From assembly GCA_017450105.1 (NCBI GenBank), contig JAFSXC010000058.1, positions 665 to 64,664 of the forward strand: a DNA stretch of 64,000 nucleotides, read 5' to 3'. The notes under the pieces were generated by a model. It did no database searches. It saw only the letters and a program-made list of their open reading frames with translations, and was not told the origin of the DNA. The position numbers were made by a program, and so were the translations under genes. Below, one piece after another: positions 47,819 through 56,799 of this stretch. Positions within the stretch are counted from its first letter, which is position 1, and each line of letters begins with the position of its first letter. The DNA comes from Lachnospiraceae bacterium (GTDB lineage Bacteria; Bacillota; Clostridia; Lachnospirales; Lachnospiraceae).

Positions 47819-49949
47819 ACGCCCTGTTTCGTTATCTGAAAAAAAGAAAAAACCGGAGCTTCTGGCCCCGGGAGGGTCCTTTGCCGCGGCAAAAGCCGTG
47901 CTCGATGCGGGTGCGGACAGCGTCTATACGGGACTGACGCGCTTCTCCGCCAGAGCCTATGCGAAGAATCTGAACGAGGAGGAGCTGAAGAGCCTTCTCG
48001 ACTATGCCCATCTCTTCGGGAAAACCGTACATCTGACCTTAAATACCCTGTTTAAAAACCGGGAGATAAAGGAAGCGGCCGAGCTGGTCGGTCCCTTTTA
48101 TGCGTCGGGGCTGGATGCCGTTCTGGTGCAGGACATCGGCCTGCTTTCTCTTTTACATAAGCACTATCCGCTGCTTCCTCTTCATGCCAGTACCCAGATG
48201 AACCTCTGTACGGCCGGGGGAGCGAAGCTTTTGAAGGAGCAGGGGATCAAAAGAGTTGTCCTGCCGCGGGAGCTGTCCCTGACCCAGATCCGTAAGGTGA
48301 AGGCGGAAACCGGTCTGGAGGTGGAGGTGTTCTGCCACGGGGCGCTGTGCTGCTCCTATTCGGGGCAGTGCCAGATGTCCGCCCAGCTCGGCGGAAGGTC
48401 TGCGAACCGCGGACGCTGCGCGGGCCCCTGCCGCCTACCGTACATAAGCAGGGAAACAAAAAAAAGGTATCTGTTCAGCATGAAGGATCTTTGTACGCTG
48501 GACCACCTTCCCCTTTTGCAAAGCTGCGGCGTGGATTCCCTGAAGATCGAGGGGCGGCATAAGAGCATCGACTATGCGCTGTGGGCTGTTGAAATCTACC
48601 GTAAGTATCTGGACCGGCTGGAGCGGGAAGGAGAGGAAGGGTACTTTGTCGAGGAGAAGGACCGTGAGCTCCTTCTATCCGGCGGCAGCCGCAGCGGCTT
48701 TACCGACCGGTATCTTTTTGTGCATAACGATCCGTCCCTGTTTTCGGAGGACAACCCCTCGTACCGTAAGGGAGAGGCGGCTTTGCCTCCGGCTGCGTTA
48801 AGGCTCCCCGTCCGGGCTGCGTGGGAGGTAAGGACCGGGCGGGAAGCGGCTCTGACGCTGACCTCGGGCGATACAAAGATAACGGTCCGGGGTGCGGTCC
48901 CGGAAAAGGCGAAAAACAGGGCTCTGGAGGAGGAAACGCTGAAGAAAAAAACGGAGACGCTCGGAGAAACGCCCTTCCTCCTTTCGGCGTTTGAAGCAGA
49001 CCTGGAGGAGGGCGTGTTTCTGCCTCTTTCGGAGATCAAGAGGCTGAAGCATGAAGCGTTTTCGCTCCTGCAGGACCGGCTTCTTGAACCCTGCCGAAGG
49101 AGCATGGCGGAGAGCGCGGTTGTTCTGTCTGGATTGACGCCATATGAGTGGAGCAAGCCATTTTTCACGGCTCTTGTCTCCGAGGAAGGGCAGCTCGTCC
49201 CGTCGCTCGCCGCGAAAAAGCTTCGCCGGATCGTGCTCTCGTCCCTGTGCTTTCCGCGGAAGACGGTCGGAAGGACGCTGCCGGAAGCGATGGAGAGGAT
49301 CCGTAAGGCGGGGAAGGAAGCCGGCTTTTCCTTTCCGGCGGTTTTAAGGGAGGCGGATATTACCTTCTTTTCGCGCTTTTTTGCCGATAAGGAGTATTGG
49401 CCGGATGTCTTTTACGTCAGCTCTCAGGATGGGCTGGCGCTTCTTGAGACGCTTGAGTTTCCGAAGGAGAGGATCGTGCTGGACCAGCTTCTCTATGCCT
49501 GGTCAAACGAGACAAAGGCAGCGTTTCAGAGAGCCGGCTACCTTTACGACACGATCCCGGCCGAGCTGAAAAAAGCGGAGCTGATGCACCGGGAAAACGG
49601 CGGGAGCGAGCTCATAATCTACGGAAGACAGCCGCTGATGCATATGGCCGGGTGCCTGTTCCAACGGACCACAGGGTGCCATAAGGCCTTCCCCGTAACG
49701 AGGATCACAGACCGGCAGGGGGAGGAGTTTTTCGTCCGCGCGGACTGTGATTCGTGCATGAATATCCTCTTGAACGGCCATGTTTTGAATCTTCTGCAGG
49801 AGCCTGACCAGACGGATGGCCTTAAGGTTCGTTCCTACCGCTATGTCTTTACGCTGGAGACGCCGGAGGAGGTGGAGGGGATCCTGAAGGGAGAGCCGTT
49901 GGAGGGAGTAAGCAGCACAAAGGGCCTGTTTATGAGGGGGGTAGAGTAG
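47790..49949 (+). CDS. U32-family peptidase-like protein
   Basis: ELLAPGGSFAAAKAVLDAGADSVYTG and EVFCHGALCCSYSGQC are typical U32 motifs. ATG 47790 overlaps the zapA end. Confidence 0.85.
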   Translation: MKKEGQGVIKRPVSLSEKKKKPELLAPGGSFAAAKAVLDAGADSVYTGLTRFSARAYAKNLNEEELKSLLDYAHLFGKTVHLTLNTLFKNREIKEAAELVGPFYASGLDAVLVQDIGLLSLLHKHYPLLPLHASTQMNLCTAGGAKLLKEQGIKRVVLPRELSLTQIRKVKAETGLEVEVFCHGALCCSYSGQCQMSAQLGGRSANRGRCAGPCRLPYISRETKKRYLFSMKDLCTLDHLPLLQSCGVDSLKIEGRHKSIDYALWAVEIYRKYLDRLEREGEEGYFVEEKDRELLLSGGSRSGFTDRYLFVHNDPSLFSEDNPSYRKGEAALPPAALRLPVRAAWEVRTGREAALTLTSGDTKITVRGAVPEKAKNRALEEETLKKKTETLGETPFLLSAFEADLEEGVFLPLSEIKRLKHEAFSLLQDRLLEPCRRSMAESAVVLSGLTPYEWSKPFFTALVSEEGQLVPSLAAKKLRRIVLSSLCFPRKTVGRTLPEAMERIRKAGKEAGFSFPAVLREADITFFSRFFADKEYWPDVFYVSSQDGLALLETLEFPKERIVLDQLLYAWSNETKAAFQRAGYLYDTIPAELKKAELMHRENGGSELIIYGRQPLMHMAGCLFQRTTGCHKAFPVTRITDRQGEEFFVRADCDSCMNILLNGHVLNLLQEPDQTDGLKVRSYRYVFTLETPEEVEGILKGEPLEGVSSTKGLFMRGVE

Positions 49950-51269
49950 ATGACCGCCCTCATCCTTCAACTGTCCAAGCTCTTTATCTCCGTTCTTTCC
50001 GCCCTGTTCGCCTTTTTCTGCTTTTACGGAACGCTCCGCCACAAATCGAAGGAGGCCAGGCGCTTTCTCTACGGCTACCAACTTGGGGTGATCTATCTGG
50101 TCCTGTCCCTTGCTTTTTTAACCATGCTCTATGTGAAAGGGGATTTCGCGATCCTCCTTCTGTATTTCGGTGCGCTTCTGATCGTGACGGGGATCCAGCT
50201 CGTCTTTCGAAGGGTCTACCGGTCGGCCTCGATCCTGCTGACCAACGCAATGTGCTATCTGCTTTCCATCGGCTTCATCATACAGACCCGGCTGAACTAC
50301 GAAAAGGCCCTGAAAATGCTGGTCTACGCGGCGGTTTCTCTGGCCCTGACCGCGTTTTTCCCCCTCCTTCTCAACAGCCGGAAAAAACAGCTCCGGAGAC
50401 GGAAATGGACCTACTTCATCGTCGGGATCGTCCTTCTCCTTGCCGTTCTTTTGTTCGGCGGGACCAGCTACGGGGCAAGGATCTCGATCTCGCTTCCCGG
50501 CGTATCCGTACAGCCGGCGGAGTTCGTAAAGCTCCTTTATGTATTCTTCCTGGCTGCCATGTATCACGAATCCAAATCCAAAAAACAGGTGCTGATCACA
50601 ATGGGCTGCGCCGCCGCAACGGTTCTGCTTCTGGTGGGCGCGAGGGATCTCGGCGGCGGGCTCATCTTTTTCGTGATCTATGTGGTCATGACCTGGTGCG
50701 CGTTGAAAAAATGGTATGTGCCGGTGGCGGGGCTCCTTCTGGTGGCTCTGGCCTTTCCGCTGGCGGGCCGCGTTTTTTCCCATGTGCATACCCGGATCCA
50801 GGCCTGGTGGGATCCGCTTTCCGTCATCGATGACGCGGGCTATCAGGTCAGCCAGTCGCTGTTTTCGATCGGTACGGGATCGTGGTTCGGTACCGGCCTC
50901 TTCCAGGGCAGGCCGGAGCTGATCCCGGTGGTGGAGAAGGACTTTGTCTTTTCCGCGATCGCGGAGGAGCTGGGGGTCCTGCCTTGCATTTCCCTGATCC
51001 TGATCTGCCTGTGCTGTGTGCTTCTGTTTTTTAACATGGCCTTTGAAATGAAGGACGAGTTTTACCGTCTGGTCTCCCTTGGCCTCGGCACCGCCTATGC
51101 GACCCAGGTCTTCCTGACGATCGGCGGCTGCATTAAGCTCATCCCCTCGACCGGCGTTACGCTGCCACTTGTAAGCTACGGAGGAAGCTCCCTCCTTGCC
51201 ACCTTTATGTCCTTTGGCATCCTGCAGGGCTTATATGTCTACAACAAAGGAAAGGGGGAATTTCGATGA
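49950..51269 (+). CDS. FtsW/RodA/SpoVE-family peptidoglycan glycosyltransferase
   Basis: A ~10-TM protein with the motifs QPAEFVKL and DFVFSAIAEELG. Confidence 0.85.
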   Translation: MTALILQLSKLFISVLSALFAFFCFYGTLRHKSKEARRFLYGYQLGVIYLVLSLAFLTMLYVKGDFAILLLYFGALLIVTGIQLVFRRVYRSASILLTNAMCYLLSIGFIIQTRLNYEKALKMLVYAAVSLALTAFFPLLLNSRKKQLRRRKWTYFIVGIVLLLAVLLFGGTSYGARISISLPGVSVQPAEFVKLLYVFFLAAMYHESKSKKQVLITMGCAAATVLLLVGARDLGGGLIFFVIYVVMTWCALKKWYVPVAGLLLVALAFPLAGRVFSHVHTRIQAWWDPLSVIDDAGYQVSQSLFSIGTGSWFGTGLFQGRPELIPVVEKDFVFSAIAEELGVLPCISLILICLCCVLLFFNMAFEMKDEFYRLVSLGLGTAYATQVFLTIGGCIKLIPSTGVTLPLVSYGGSSLLATFMSFGILQGLYVYNKGKGEFR

Positions 51270-52714
51270 GCTTTCCAAGACCCGGGAAAAAGAAGGAAAA
51301 AAAGAAGGATCCGCATAAGGAATATGCCCTTGTAACCTATATTTTTTCGGCCCTTTTTCTGGTGATGATCGGTTATCTTTTATGGTTTCTGATCGCAAGG
51401 AGTGACCGCTTTATCAACAACTCCTATAACAGCAAAAGGATCGATGCGTTCGCGAAGAATACGCTGCGGGGCGATATCCTGGACCGGGAGGGGGAGGTGC
51501 TTGCGACAACAGAGCTTTTGCCCGATAAGTCGGAGGTACGGAGCTATCCGAAGGGGAACCGCTATGCCCATGTGGTGGGCTATATTTCCAACGGGAAAAT
51601 GGGGCTGGAGCAGACCGCAAACTATTATCTCCTGAGGAGTCATGCCAATCCCCTGCTGCGGGCAAAAAACGCCTTCTCGGACGAAAAGGACCCGGGGGAT
51701 TCGCTGGTGACAACGCTTCTGGATCCGGTACAGCAGGCCTCCTGGGAGGCGCTCGGAGACTACCGGGGAGCCGTGATCACGATGAATCCGGAGACCGGCG
51801 AGATCCTTTCCTGCGTCAGCAAACCGGATTTCGATCCGAACGAAATGGAGAGGAACTATGAGGCTCTGGCCGCTTCCGGGGATGGGGTGCTTTTGAACCG
51901 GGCCTCCCAGGGACGGTATGCTCCGGGGTCAACCTTTAAGATCCTGACCACGCTGGAATTTTTGCGGGAGCATCCCGCGAAGGCGAAAAAATATACCTTC
52001 GACTGCGACGGCTCCTTTACCTCCGACGGGAAGGAAATCCACTGCTTTCATAATACGGCGCACGGGGAAGAGGACCTCGCCTCCTCCTTTGCAAATTCCT
52101 GCAACGCGTCCTATGCAAGCCTCGGTCTTACGCTAAAGCCCGGGGAGTTTCGGAAAACGGCGCAGACCATGTTTTTCGATAAGCCGATCATCTGCTCCCT
52201 TCCGACCGAGCTGCCCAGATTTTTACTTGAGGAGGGAGCCTCGGACGCGGAAAAAATGGAGACCGCGATCGGGCAGGGGAAAACCTATATGACGCCGCTG
52301 CAGCTCCTTCTCATCGTCAGCGCGATCGAGAACAAGGGAATGGCGAAAAAGCCCGTTCTCTGCCGGGAGATCATCAACAACGAGGGCAGGACCGTGGAGC
52401 GGTTTCCGCTTGGAGATGAGCGGAGGCTCATGACAGAGGAGGAGGCTGCTGTTCTGGAATCCTTCTTACGGGGCGTTGTTGAGGAGGGAACCGGAAGAGG
52501 GCTGATGAACGATGCCTACGAGGCCTACGGAAAGACCGGAACGGCCGAGATCAATTCCGCCGGAGACTGCCACGCCTGGTTCACCGGCTACGCAAAAGCA
52601 GAGGGGAAGGACCCGATCGCGATCACCGTGATCATGGAGGGCGCCGGAGCCGGCTCCTCCTACGCCGTACCGGCCGCGAAGAAGGTTCTCGATACGTATT
52701 TTTCGTATGAGTAA
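51266..52714 (+). CDS. Class B penicillin-binding protein (transpeptidase)
   Basis: N-terminal TM segment and the SxxK (GSTFK), SxN (SCN) and KTG (GKTGTAE) motifs. Confidence 0.9.
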   Translation: MSFPRPGKKKEKKKDPHKEYALVTYIFSALFLVMIGYLLWFLIARSDRFINNSYNSKRIDAFAKNTLRGDILDREGEVLATTELLPDKSEVRSYPKGNRYAHVVGYISNGKMGLEQTANYYLLRSHANPLLRAKNAFSDEKDPGDSLVTTLLDPVQQASWEALGDYRGAVITMNPETGEILSCVSKPDFDPNEMERNYEALAASGDGVLLNRASQGRYAPGSTFKILTTLEFLREHPAKAKKYTFDCDGSFTSDGKEIHCFHNTAHGEEDLASSFANSCNASYASLGLTLKPGEFRKTAQTMFFDKPIICSLPTELPRFLLEEGASDAEKMETAIGQGKTYMTPLQLLLIVSAIENKGMAKKPVLCREIINNEGRTVERFPLGDERRLMTEEEAAVLESFLRGVVEEGTGRGLMNDAYEAYGKTGTAEINSAGDCHAWFTGYAKAEGKDPIAITVIMEGAGAGSSYAVPAAKKVLDTYFSYE

Positions 52715-52736
52715 AAAAGCCTTTGAAAGATGCGAC

Positions 52737-52809
52737 GTTACAGAAAGTGGTGGCGCAGAAAGATGGAGCGTGTTAAAATGACGATATCTAAACCGAAGGA
52801 GGTATGGTT
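52737..52809 (+). promoter_or_regulatory. Copy 1 of the conserved upstream module of the secreted-protein family
   Basis: GTTACAGAAAGT box, TGGAGCGTG, extended -10 TGTTAAAAT (52771-79) and GAAGGAGG RBS. Paralogous to 54387-54475 and 55656-55740. Confidence 0.55.
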
Positions 52810-53733
52810 ATGAGGTTGAAGAGATTACTTGCCGGAGCTCTGGTAGGCGCGCTCACGCTGACGACAATCCCGGCGACGGAAATCATAAGGGCAGAAGAAG
52901 TAGAAACATATACGTTTACTGACAGAAAAGGAGTGACCGTCACTGTTCCCGTGACAGCATTCGCTATCAGGGTTGTGGATTTTGTTCCGGGCGATCCCTG
53001 GACAACTGTAGAGCAGAATCAGGATCCGGAAGCGGCATTAGGTCTTCCTGACTTTGACCAGAAGGATGACACTTACAAAGCGGATATTACTCTTGGCAAG
53101 AAAGGTGTTCTCACGCTTGAACTCGGCAGTTATATCGATGACAGAGACGGGGATGACGTATATATCTTCGAAGACGGACCGGAAGTCGAATCTATTTATG
53201 TTGCGATAAGCAATGATCTTGAAACATGGTATGAGATCGGAAGAGTTGAAGGCGCAACAGCTGGTTTGGATATCAATGGGAAAGTCCCGGAAGGAGACGT
53301 ATTCAAATATGTCCGCCTTACAGACACCGGAGAAAATGGAGGCGGTACCTACGCCGGAGCGGATATCGATGCAGTTTGCGGACTTAATACAATAGAAGAA
53401 GATGCTGTCGACATCGGGGATGATGATGTTGGGCAGGTCATGAATGTGAAACTCGTCAATAAGAAAGTGAAACGCATGTACATTTCCTACGATCCGGTTG
53501 AGGATGCAGAAGGCTATGAGATCCAGTATTCCAATAGCAGTTCGATGGATAATTCCAAGGCTTTTAAAACGAAAGCGGTCAAGGGTTATTTCAAGAACGC
53601 CAAAGGAAAGAAAGTCTCCTTTATGAAGGGGAAGACCTATTACGTAAGAGTTCGTGCTTTCATTACAGATGAGGATGGCGAGAGGATATTTGGCGAATGG
53701 TCAGACACGCAAAACGTGACTATAACAAAGTAA
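52810..53733 (+). CDS. Secreted protein with a C-terminal fibronectin-III-like domain
   Basis: Signal peptide MRLKRLLAGALVGALTLTT. The N-terminal domain ends in ...YAGADIDAVCGLN, and the C-terminal region has the Fn3-like signature (DAEGYEIQYS ... YYVRVRAF). The start is set at the second ATG by paralog alignment and RBS spacing. Confidence 0.75.
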   Translation: MRLKRLLAGALVGALTLTTIPATEIIRAEEVETYTFTDRKGVTVTVPVTAFAIRVVDFVPGDPWTTVEQNQDPEAALGLPDFDQKDDTYKADITLGKKGVLTLELGSYIDDRDGDDVYIFEDGPEVESIYVAISNDLETWYEIGRVEGATAGLDINGKVPEGDVFKYVRLTDTGENGGGTYAGADIDAVCGLNTIEEDAVDIGDDDVGQVMNVKLVNKKVKRMYISYDPVEDAEGYEIQYSNSSSMDNSKAFKTKAVKGYFKNAKGKKVSFMKGKTYYVRVRAFITDEDGERIFGEWSDTQNVTITK

Positions 53734-53744
53734 TGTAAGAGGAT

Positions 53745-53772
53745 CCCCGGGCGAGTGCTCGGGGGTTTTTTT
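53745..53772 (+). terminator. Intrinsic terminator
   Basis: CCCCGGGC-GAGT-GCTCGGGG followed by a T7 tract. Confidence 0.8.
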
Positions 53773-53801
53773 GTACAGACTTTTCCATCAGGGGGTGTGC
53801 A

Positions 53802-53990
53802 TGTGGCGGGACACTGAACTTGTCGTAAACGGGACATGATGATTTACAGAAATGCCCTTTTCACAAGGCCTTGCAAATGGCCTTATTTTATTGCCTCGAA
53901 AACAGAACTGGTGTTCCTAAAGTTCTCTGCCAATATCCCGAAAATCGGTTTCGTCTCGGGACGTTCAAAATGTCATAAACGGGACATAAA
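53802..53990. repeat. Repeat X: composite of CGGGACAT boxes, a small hairpin and an A-box; paralogous to 60111-60290
   Basis: TGTCGTAAACGGGACAT (53821-37), hairpin AAGGCC-N8-GGCCTT (53865-84), CTCGAAAACAGAACTGGTGTT...CCCGAAAATC and a second TGTCATAAACGGGACAT (53971-87). By-eye alignment to region Y gives about two-thirds identity. Confidence 0.5.
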
Positions 53991-54119
53991 ATCTCCCGAA
54001 GAATATCATCTCCGGGAGACTGGCAAAACGCTGAAATTTCAAGGAATATTGAGGCTTCTTCTACTTGAGATAACCATTATTCCGTGATAGAATTTTCATG
54101 TAACAGAAGTAGTGGCAGT

Positions 54120-54305
54120 CTACTTTGTTACTTTAAACTTAAGGGCTCCCCGAAGGTTGCTCTTATTGATGGTAGCGGTCTTCAAATCGTTGAGGATGAC
54201 CGGCTTATATGGCCGGTTATTTTCATCCTTTTGACCATCAACAAAATACTTCTTAAGTTCTTCAGGATGTGCATATTCATAAGAAGAGTGCTGGTACTGC
54301 AACAC
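54120..54305 (-). pseudogene. Possible gene fragment (61 codons, GTG start, stop immediately upstream)
   Basis: The translation ...YEYAHPEELKKYFVDGQKDENNRPYKPVILNDLKTATINKSNL looks protein-like. However, it has no RBS and no recognisable family and sits in an AT-rich spacer. A minus-strand hairpin TCTCCCGG...TCGGGAGA plus a T-run follows at 54022-53990. Confidence 0.25.
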
Positions 54306-54386
54306 TGGTCATCGATATCGTATACAGAAAAAGATGAGAAATTAAAACGGGACATTGACCCGATTACGACAGGTTGGATGTCCCGC

Positions 54387-54475
54387 CACAGAAAGTTTTG
54401 CTCGGGGAGTAGCGCAACTGCGTTAAGACATGGTAAAATGGATGCATCTTATTTGAATTTGAGGGAGGTAGATTT
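54387..54475 (+). promoter_or_regulatory. Copy 2 of the conserved upstream module
   Basis: CACAGAAAGTTTTG, GGAGTAGCGC, extended -10 TGGTAAAAT (54431-39), GCATCTTAT and the GAGGGAGGTA RBS. Confidence 0.55.
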
Positions 54476-55600
54476 ATGAGGTTAAAGAAAGTATTGGCCG
54501 GTGTTCTGGCAGGCGCTCTGTTCCTTACGGGATTACCGTTGACTTCCATCAAAGGTGCTGAAGGCACCAATTTGCTGATAAACGGTAGTGGAGAGGATGG
54601 CATGACCGGCTGGACAGATCCGGATGATGTTTGGATGCCGTCATTGTATTCCACGAATCATACGGCAATCGATGGAGAGACCTTCTTTTGGCCATCAAAA
54701 AGAGCCTGTGCTTCTGCCACGATGTATCAGGATGTGAGCATAACCGCTTATCCCACCGGTTCCGCAATGAGGCTTTCGGCCTGGCTTGCCAATTACAACC
54801 AATCGCCGCATGATCAGGCTACACTTGAGCTTTCGTTTATTGATGCATCAGGGAATGTACTGGCGTCAGATTCTTCTCAGCAACGTAATCCTGAATGGGG
54901 GCTGCATGAGATAATAATGAATATTCCATCCGGAGCAGCCAAAGCCCGTGTCAGCTGTATAGCAACAAGGTTTGTCGGGTCGGACAACGATGCTTATTTT
55001 GACGATATTCGTCTTGTGACGACGGGTAAAGCGGTTAGGGATGTTATCGTTACCGGCGATAAGGATAAGGTCAAAGCGGGAGACACGATACAGCTTTCTG
55101 CTACAGATGGGGTTTACTCACAGGCTTCTGATTTTGAATGGAGTTCTTCGTACGACCAGATCGCAACCGTTGACGAAAACGGATTGGTTACAATAAGTTC
55201 TGATGCTGATTTTGCCGATCAGGAAGTATGGATCTATGCAAAATGCAAAACCACGGGAGTTGTAGGAAAGTACTATATCAATTCTGATAAAACAAATGAT
55301 CCCGAACCCGAACCGGGGCCGCAGCCCGAGATTGAAGAGGGCCCGGAGGTTACAGCGACAGTTTCTGTCAAATTGAAATGGAAAGCAGTTTCGGGCGCCA
55401 AAGGATATGTGGTTTATGAATATAATGCTGATGAGGGGATCTACGAAGAGCTGGCAAGTTTGTCCAAGAAGAAAACATCTTATGTTGTATCAGATCTTGC
55501 GCTTGGAGAAAGCTATTCATTTATGGTTCGTTCATTTAAGAAGAGCGGCCGAAAGAAAGTATTTTCCGAGGATTCGAATATCATCATAATAAACCTTTGA
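54476..55600 (+). CDS. Secreted protein: jelly-roll/CBM-like domain + Big_2-like domain + Fn3-like domain
   Basis: Signal peptide MRLKKVLAGVLAGALFLT, a galactose-binding-like N-terminal domain (NLLINGSGEDGMTGW...YFDDIRLV), an Ig-like segment (AGDTIQLSA...ATVDENGLVT), a PEPEPGPQPE linker, then Fn3-like VKLKWKAVSGAKGYVVYEY. Confidence 0.75.
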   Translation: MRLKKVLAGVLAGALFLTGLPLTSIKGAEGTNLLINGSGEDGMTGWTDPDDVWMPSLYSTNHTAIDGETFFWPSKRACASATMYQDVSITAYPTGSAMRLSAWLANYNQSPHDQATLELSFIDASGNVLASDSSQQRNPEWGLHEIIMNIPSGAAKARVSCIATRFVGSDNDAYFDDIRLVTTGKAVRDVIVTGDKDKVKAGDTIQLSATDGVYSQASDFEWSSSYDQIATVDENGLVTISSDADFADQEVWIYAKCKTTGVVGKYYINSDKTNDPEPEPGPQPEIEEGPEVTATVSVKLKWKAVSGAKGYVVYEYNADEGIYEELASLSKKKTSYVVSDLALGESYSFMVRSFKKSGRKKVFSEDSNIIIINL

Positions 55601-55625
55601 ATAGATTTCCGTTAAGGACACAAAG

Positions 55626-55655
55626 ATGCTCTGCCAGAAATGGCGGGGCATTTTC
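55626..55655 (+). terminator. Intrinsic terminator
   Basis: ATGCTCTGCC-AGAAAT-GGCGGGGCAT (two G.U pairs) followed by TTTCTGTT. Confidence 0.6.
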
Positions 55656-55740
55656 TGTTACAGAAAGTTTTGGTTGCGGAGTAGCGCGGGAGGGGTGGAG
55701 CGTGGTAAGATGAAGGCATCTTATGCGAGGGAGGTAAACT
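55656..55740 (+). promoter_or_regulatory. Copy 3 of the conserved upstream module
   Basis: GTTACAGAAAGTTTTG, GGAGTAGCGC, TGGAGCGTGGTAAGAT (extended -10, 55703-11), GCATCTTAT and the GAGGGAGGTA RBS. Confidence 0.55.
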
Positions 55741-56799
55741 ATGAGGTTACAGAAAGTATTGGCGGGAGTAATGGTAGCTGCACTTGCTTTTGGTGCTATG
55801 CCAGTGAGTTCCGTCAGAGCGGAAGATGAGGTGCCGATTGATGAAGCGCACTTTCCGGATGAGGTTTTCAGGAGTTATGTGAGCGAAAATTACGATTCTG
55901 ATGGGGATGGGTCATTGGCGGATTGGGAGATAATGATGACTACGCGTATTTATGCTGAAGGAGTAGGCATCAGCACCCTGAAGGGAATAGAATACTTTAC
56001 GGCGTTGAGGGAGCTGTACTACTACGACAACCAGCTCACAACATTGGATGTGAGTAAGAATACGGCGTTGGAGAAGCTGTACTGCGCCTTCAACCAGCTC
56101 ACCACGCTGGATGTGAGTGGATGTACGGCGCTGACTGACTTGAACTGCGCCTTGAACCAGCTCACCACGTTGGATGTAAGTGGATGTACGTCTCTGAACG
56201 AGCTGAACTGCAGTGGCAACCAGCTCACCACATTGGATGTGAGTAAGAATACGGCTTTGGAGGGGCTGAGCTGCAACTATAACCAGCTAACTACTCTGGA
56301 TGTGAGTGGGTGTACGGCGCTTGAAAGGCTGGATTGCGAGGGAAACGAACTCACCGCACTGGATGTAAGCGAGTGTACGGAGCTGAGGGAGTTGATTTGT
56401 AATTTTAACCAGCTAACCGATCTGGATTTGAGCAGCAACGTGAATTTGGAGGAGTTCTATGGCGAAGGAAATCAGTTTACAGAAGTGGATGTATCTGCTC
56501 TGACGAACCTCAAGGAGTACGACGGCACTCTGGATACAGAAAGAAAGGTGCTCATCTATGGCGTATCCGACCTCCCCGAACTCACCCCCGACAAAACCAT
56601 CAAGGTCGGCGAGAAGGTGACCTTCAAGGTCAGGAAGAAACCTGCCAGCATGGAAGGCTTTGTTCCGGGAGAAGTCGTTTCCGTGAAGGTGAAGGGGAAG
56701 AAGGTGATCGTGAAAGGCAAGGCTCCGGGAACGGTTACCGTCATGGCTTATAATAAGAAGGGTAAGGAGCTCGGGAGCTGGGTTGTGAAAGTGGAGTAA
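55741..56799 (+). CDS. Secreted leucine-rich-repeat protein with a C-terminal Ig-like domain
   Basis: Signal peptide MRLQKVLAGVMVAALAFG, at least 7 tandem 21-aa LRRs (NQLTTLDVSGCTALxxLxCxx), and a C-terminal Big_2-like region (KVGEKVTFKV...GTVTVMAYN). Confidence 0.8.
   Translation: MRLQKVLAGVMVAALAFGAMPVSSVRAEDEVPIDEAHFPDEVFRSYVSENYDSDGDGSLADWEIMMTTRIYAEGVGISTLKGIEYFTALRELYYYDNQLTTLDVSKNTALEKLYCAFNQLTTLDVSGCTALTDLNCALNQLTTLDVSGCTSLNELNCSGNQLTTLDVSKNTALEGLSCNYNQLTTLDVSGCTALERLDCEGNELTALDVSECTELRELICNFNQLTDLDLSSNVNLEEFYGEGNQFTEVDVSALTNLKEYDGTLDTERKVLIYGVSDLPELTPDKTIKVGEKVTFKVRKKPASMEGFVPGEVVSVKVKGKKVIVKGKAPGTVTVMAYNKKGKELGSWVVKVE
56026..56480 (+). repeat. 63-bp tandem coding repeats (LRR units)
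   Basis: AACCAGCTCACCAC(G/A)(C/T)TGGATGTGAGT... recurs every 63 nt, in frame. Confidence 0.8.

Noticed and set aside
53734-54475. A c-di-GMP (GEMM-I/II) riboswitch upstream of the adhesin-like genes, considered because two GGDEF genes are present in the window.
   Set aside because: No GGCAAA...GACGCAAAGCC-type consensus or tetraloop/receptor arrangement is present. The 5' UTRs predicted from the extended -10 elements are only about 35-40 nt long.
53836-54479. ORFs 53836-54087(+) and 54084-54479(+) as real genes.
   Set aside because: Their translations are AT-rich spacer sequence with odd composition and no RBS. They run across repeat boxes, hairpins and the promoter module of the next gene.
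56026-56480. A regular 63-bp repeat array that could superficially look like a CRISPR array.
   Set aside because: The repeats are contiguous with no spacers, lie in frame inside a signal-peptide ORF, and encode canonical 21-aa leucine-rich repeats.
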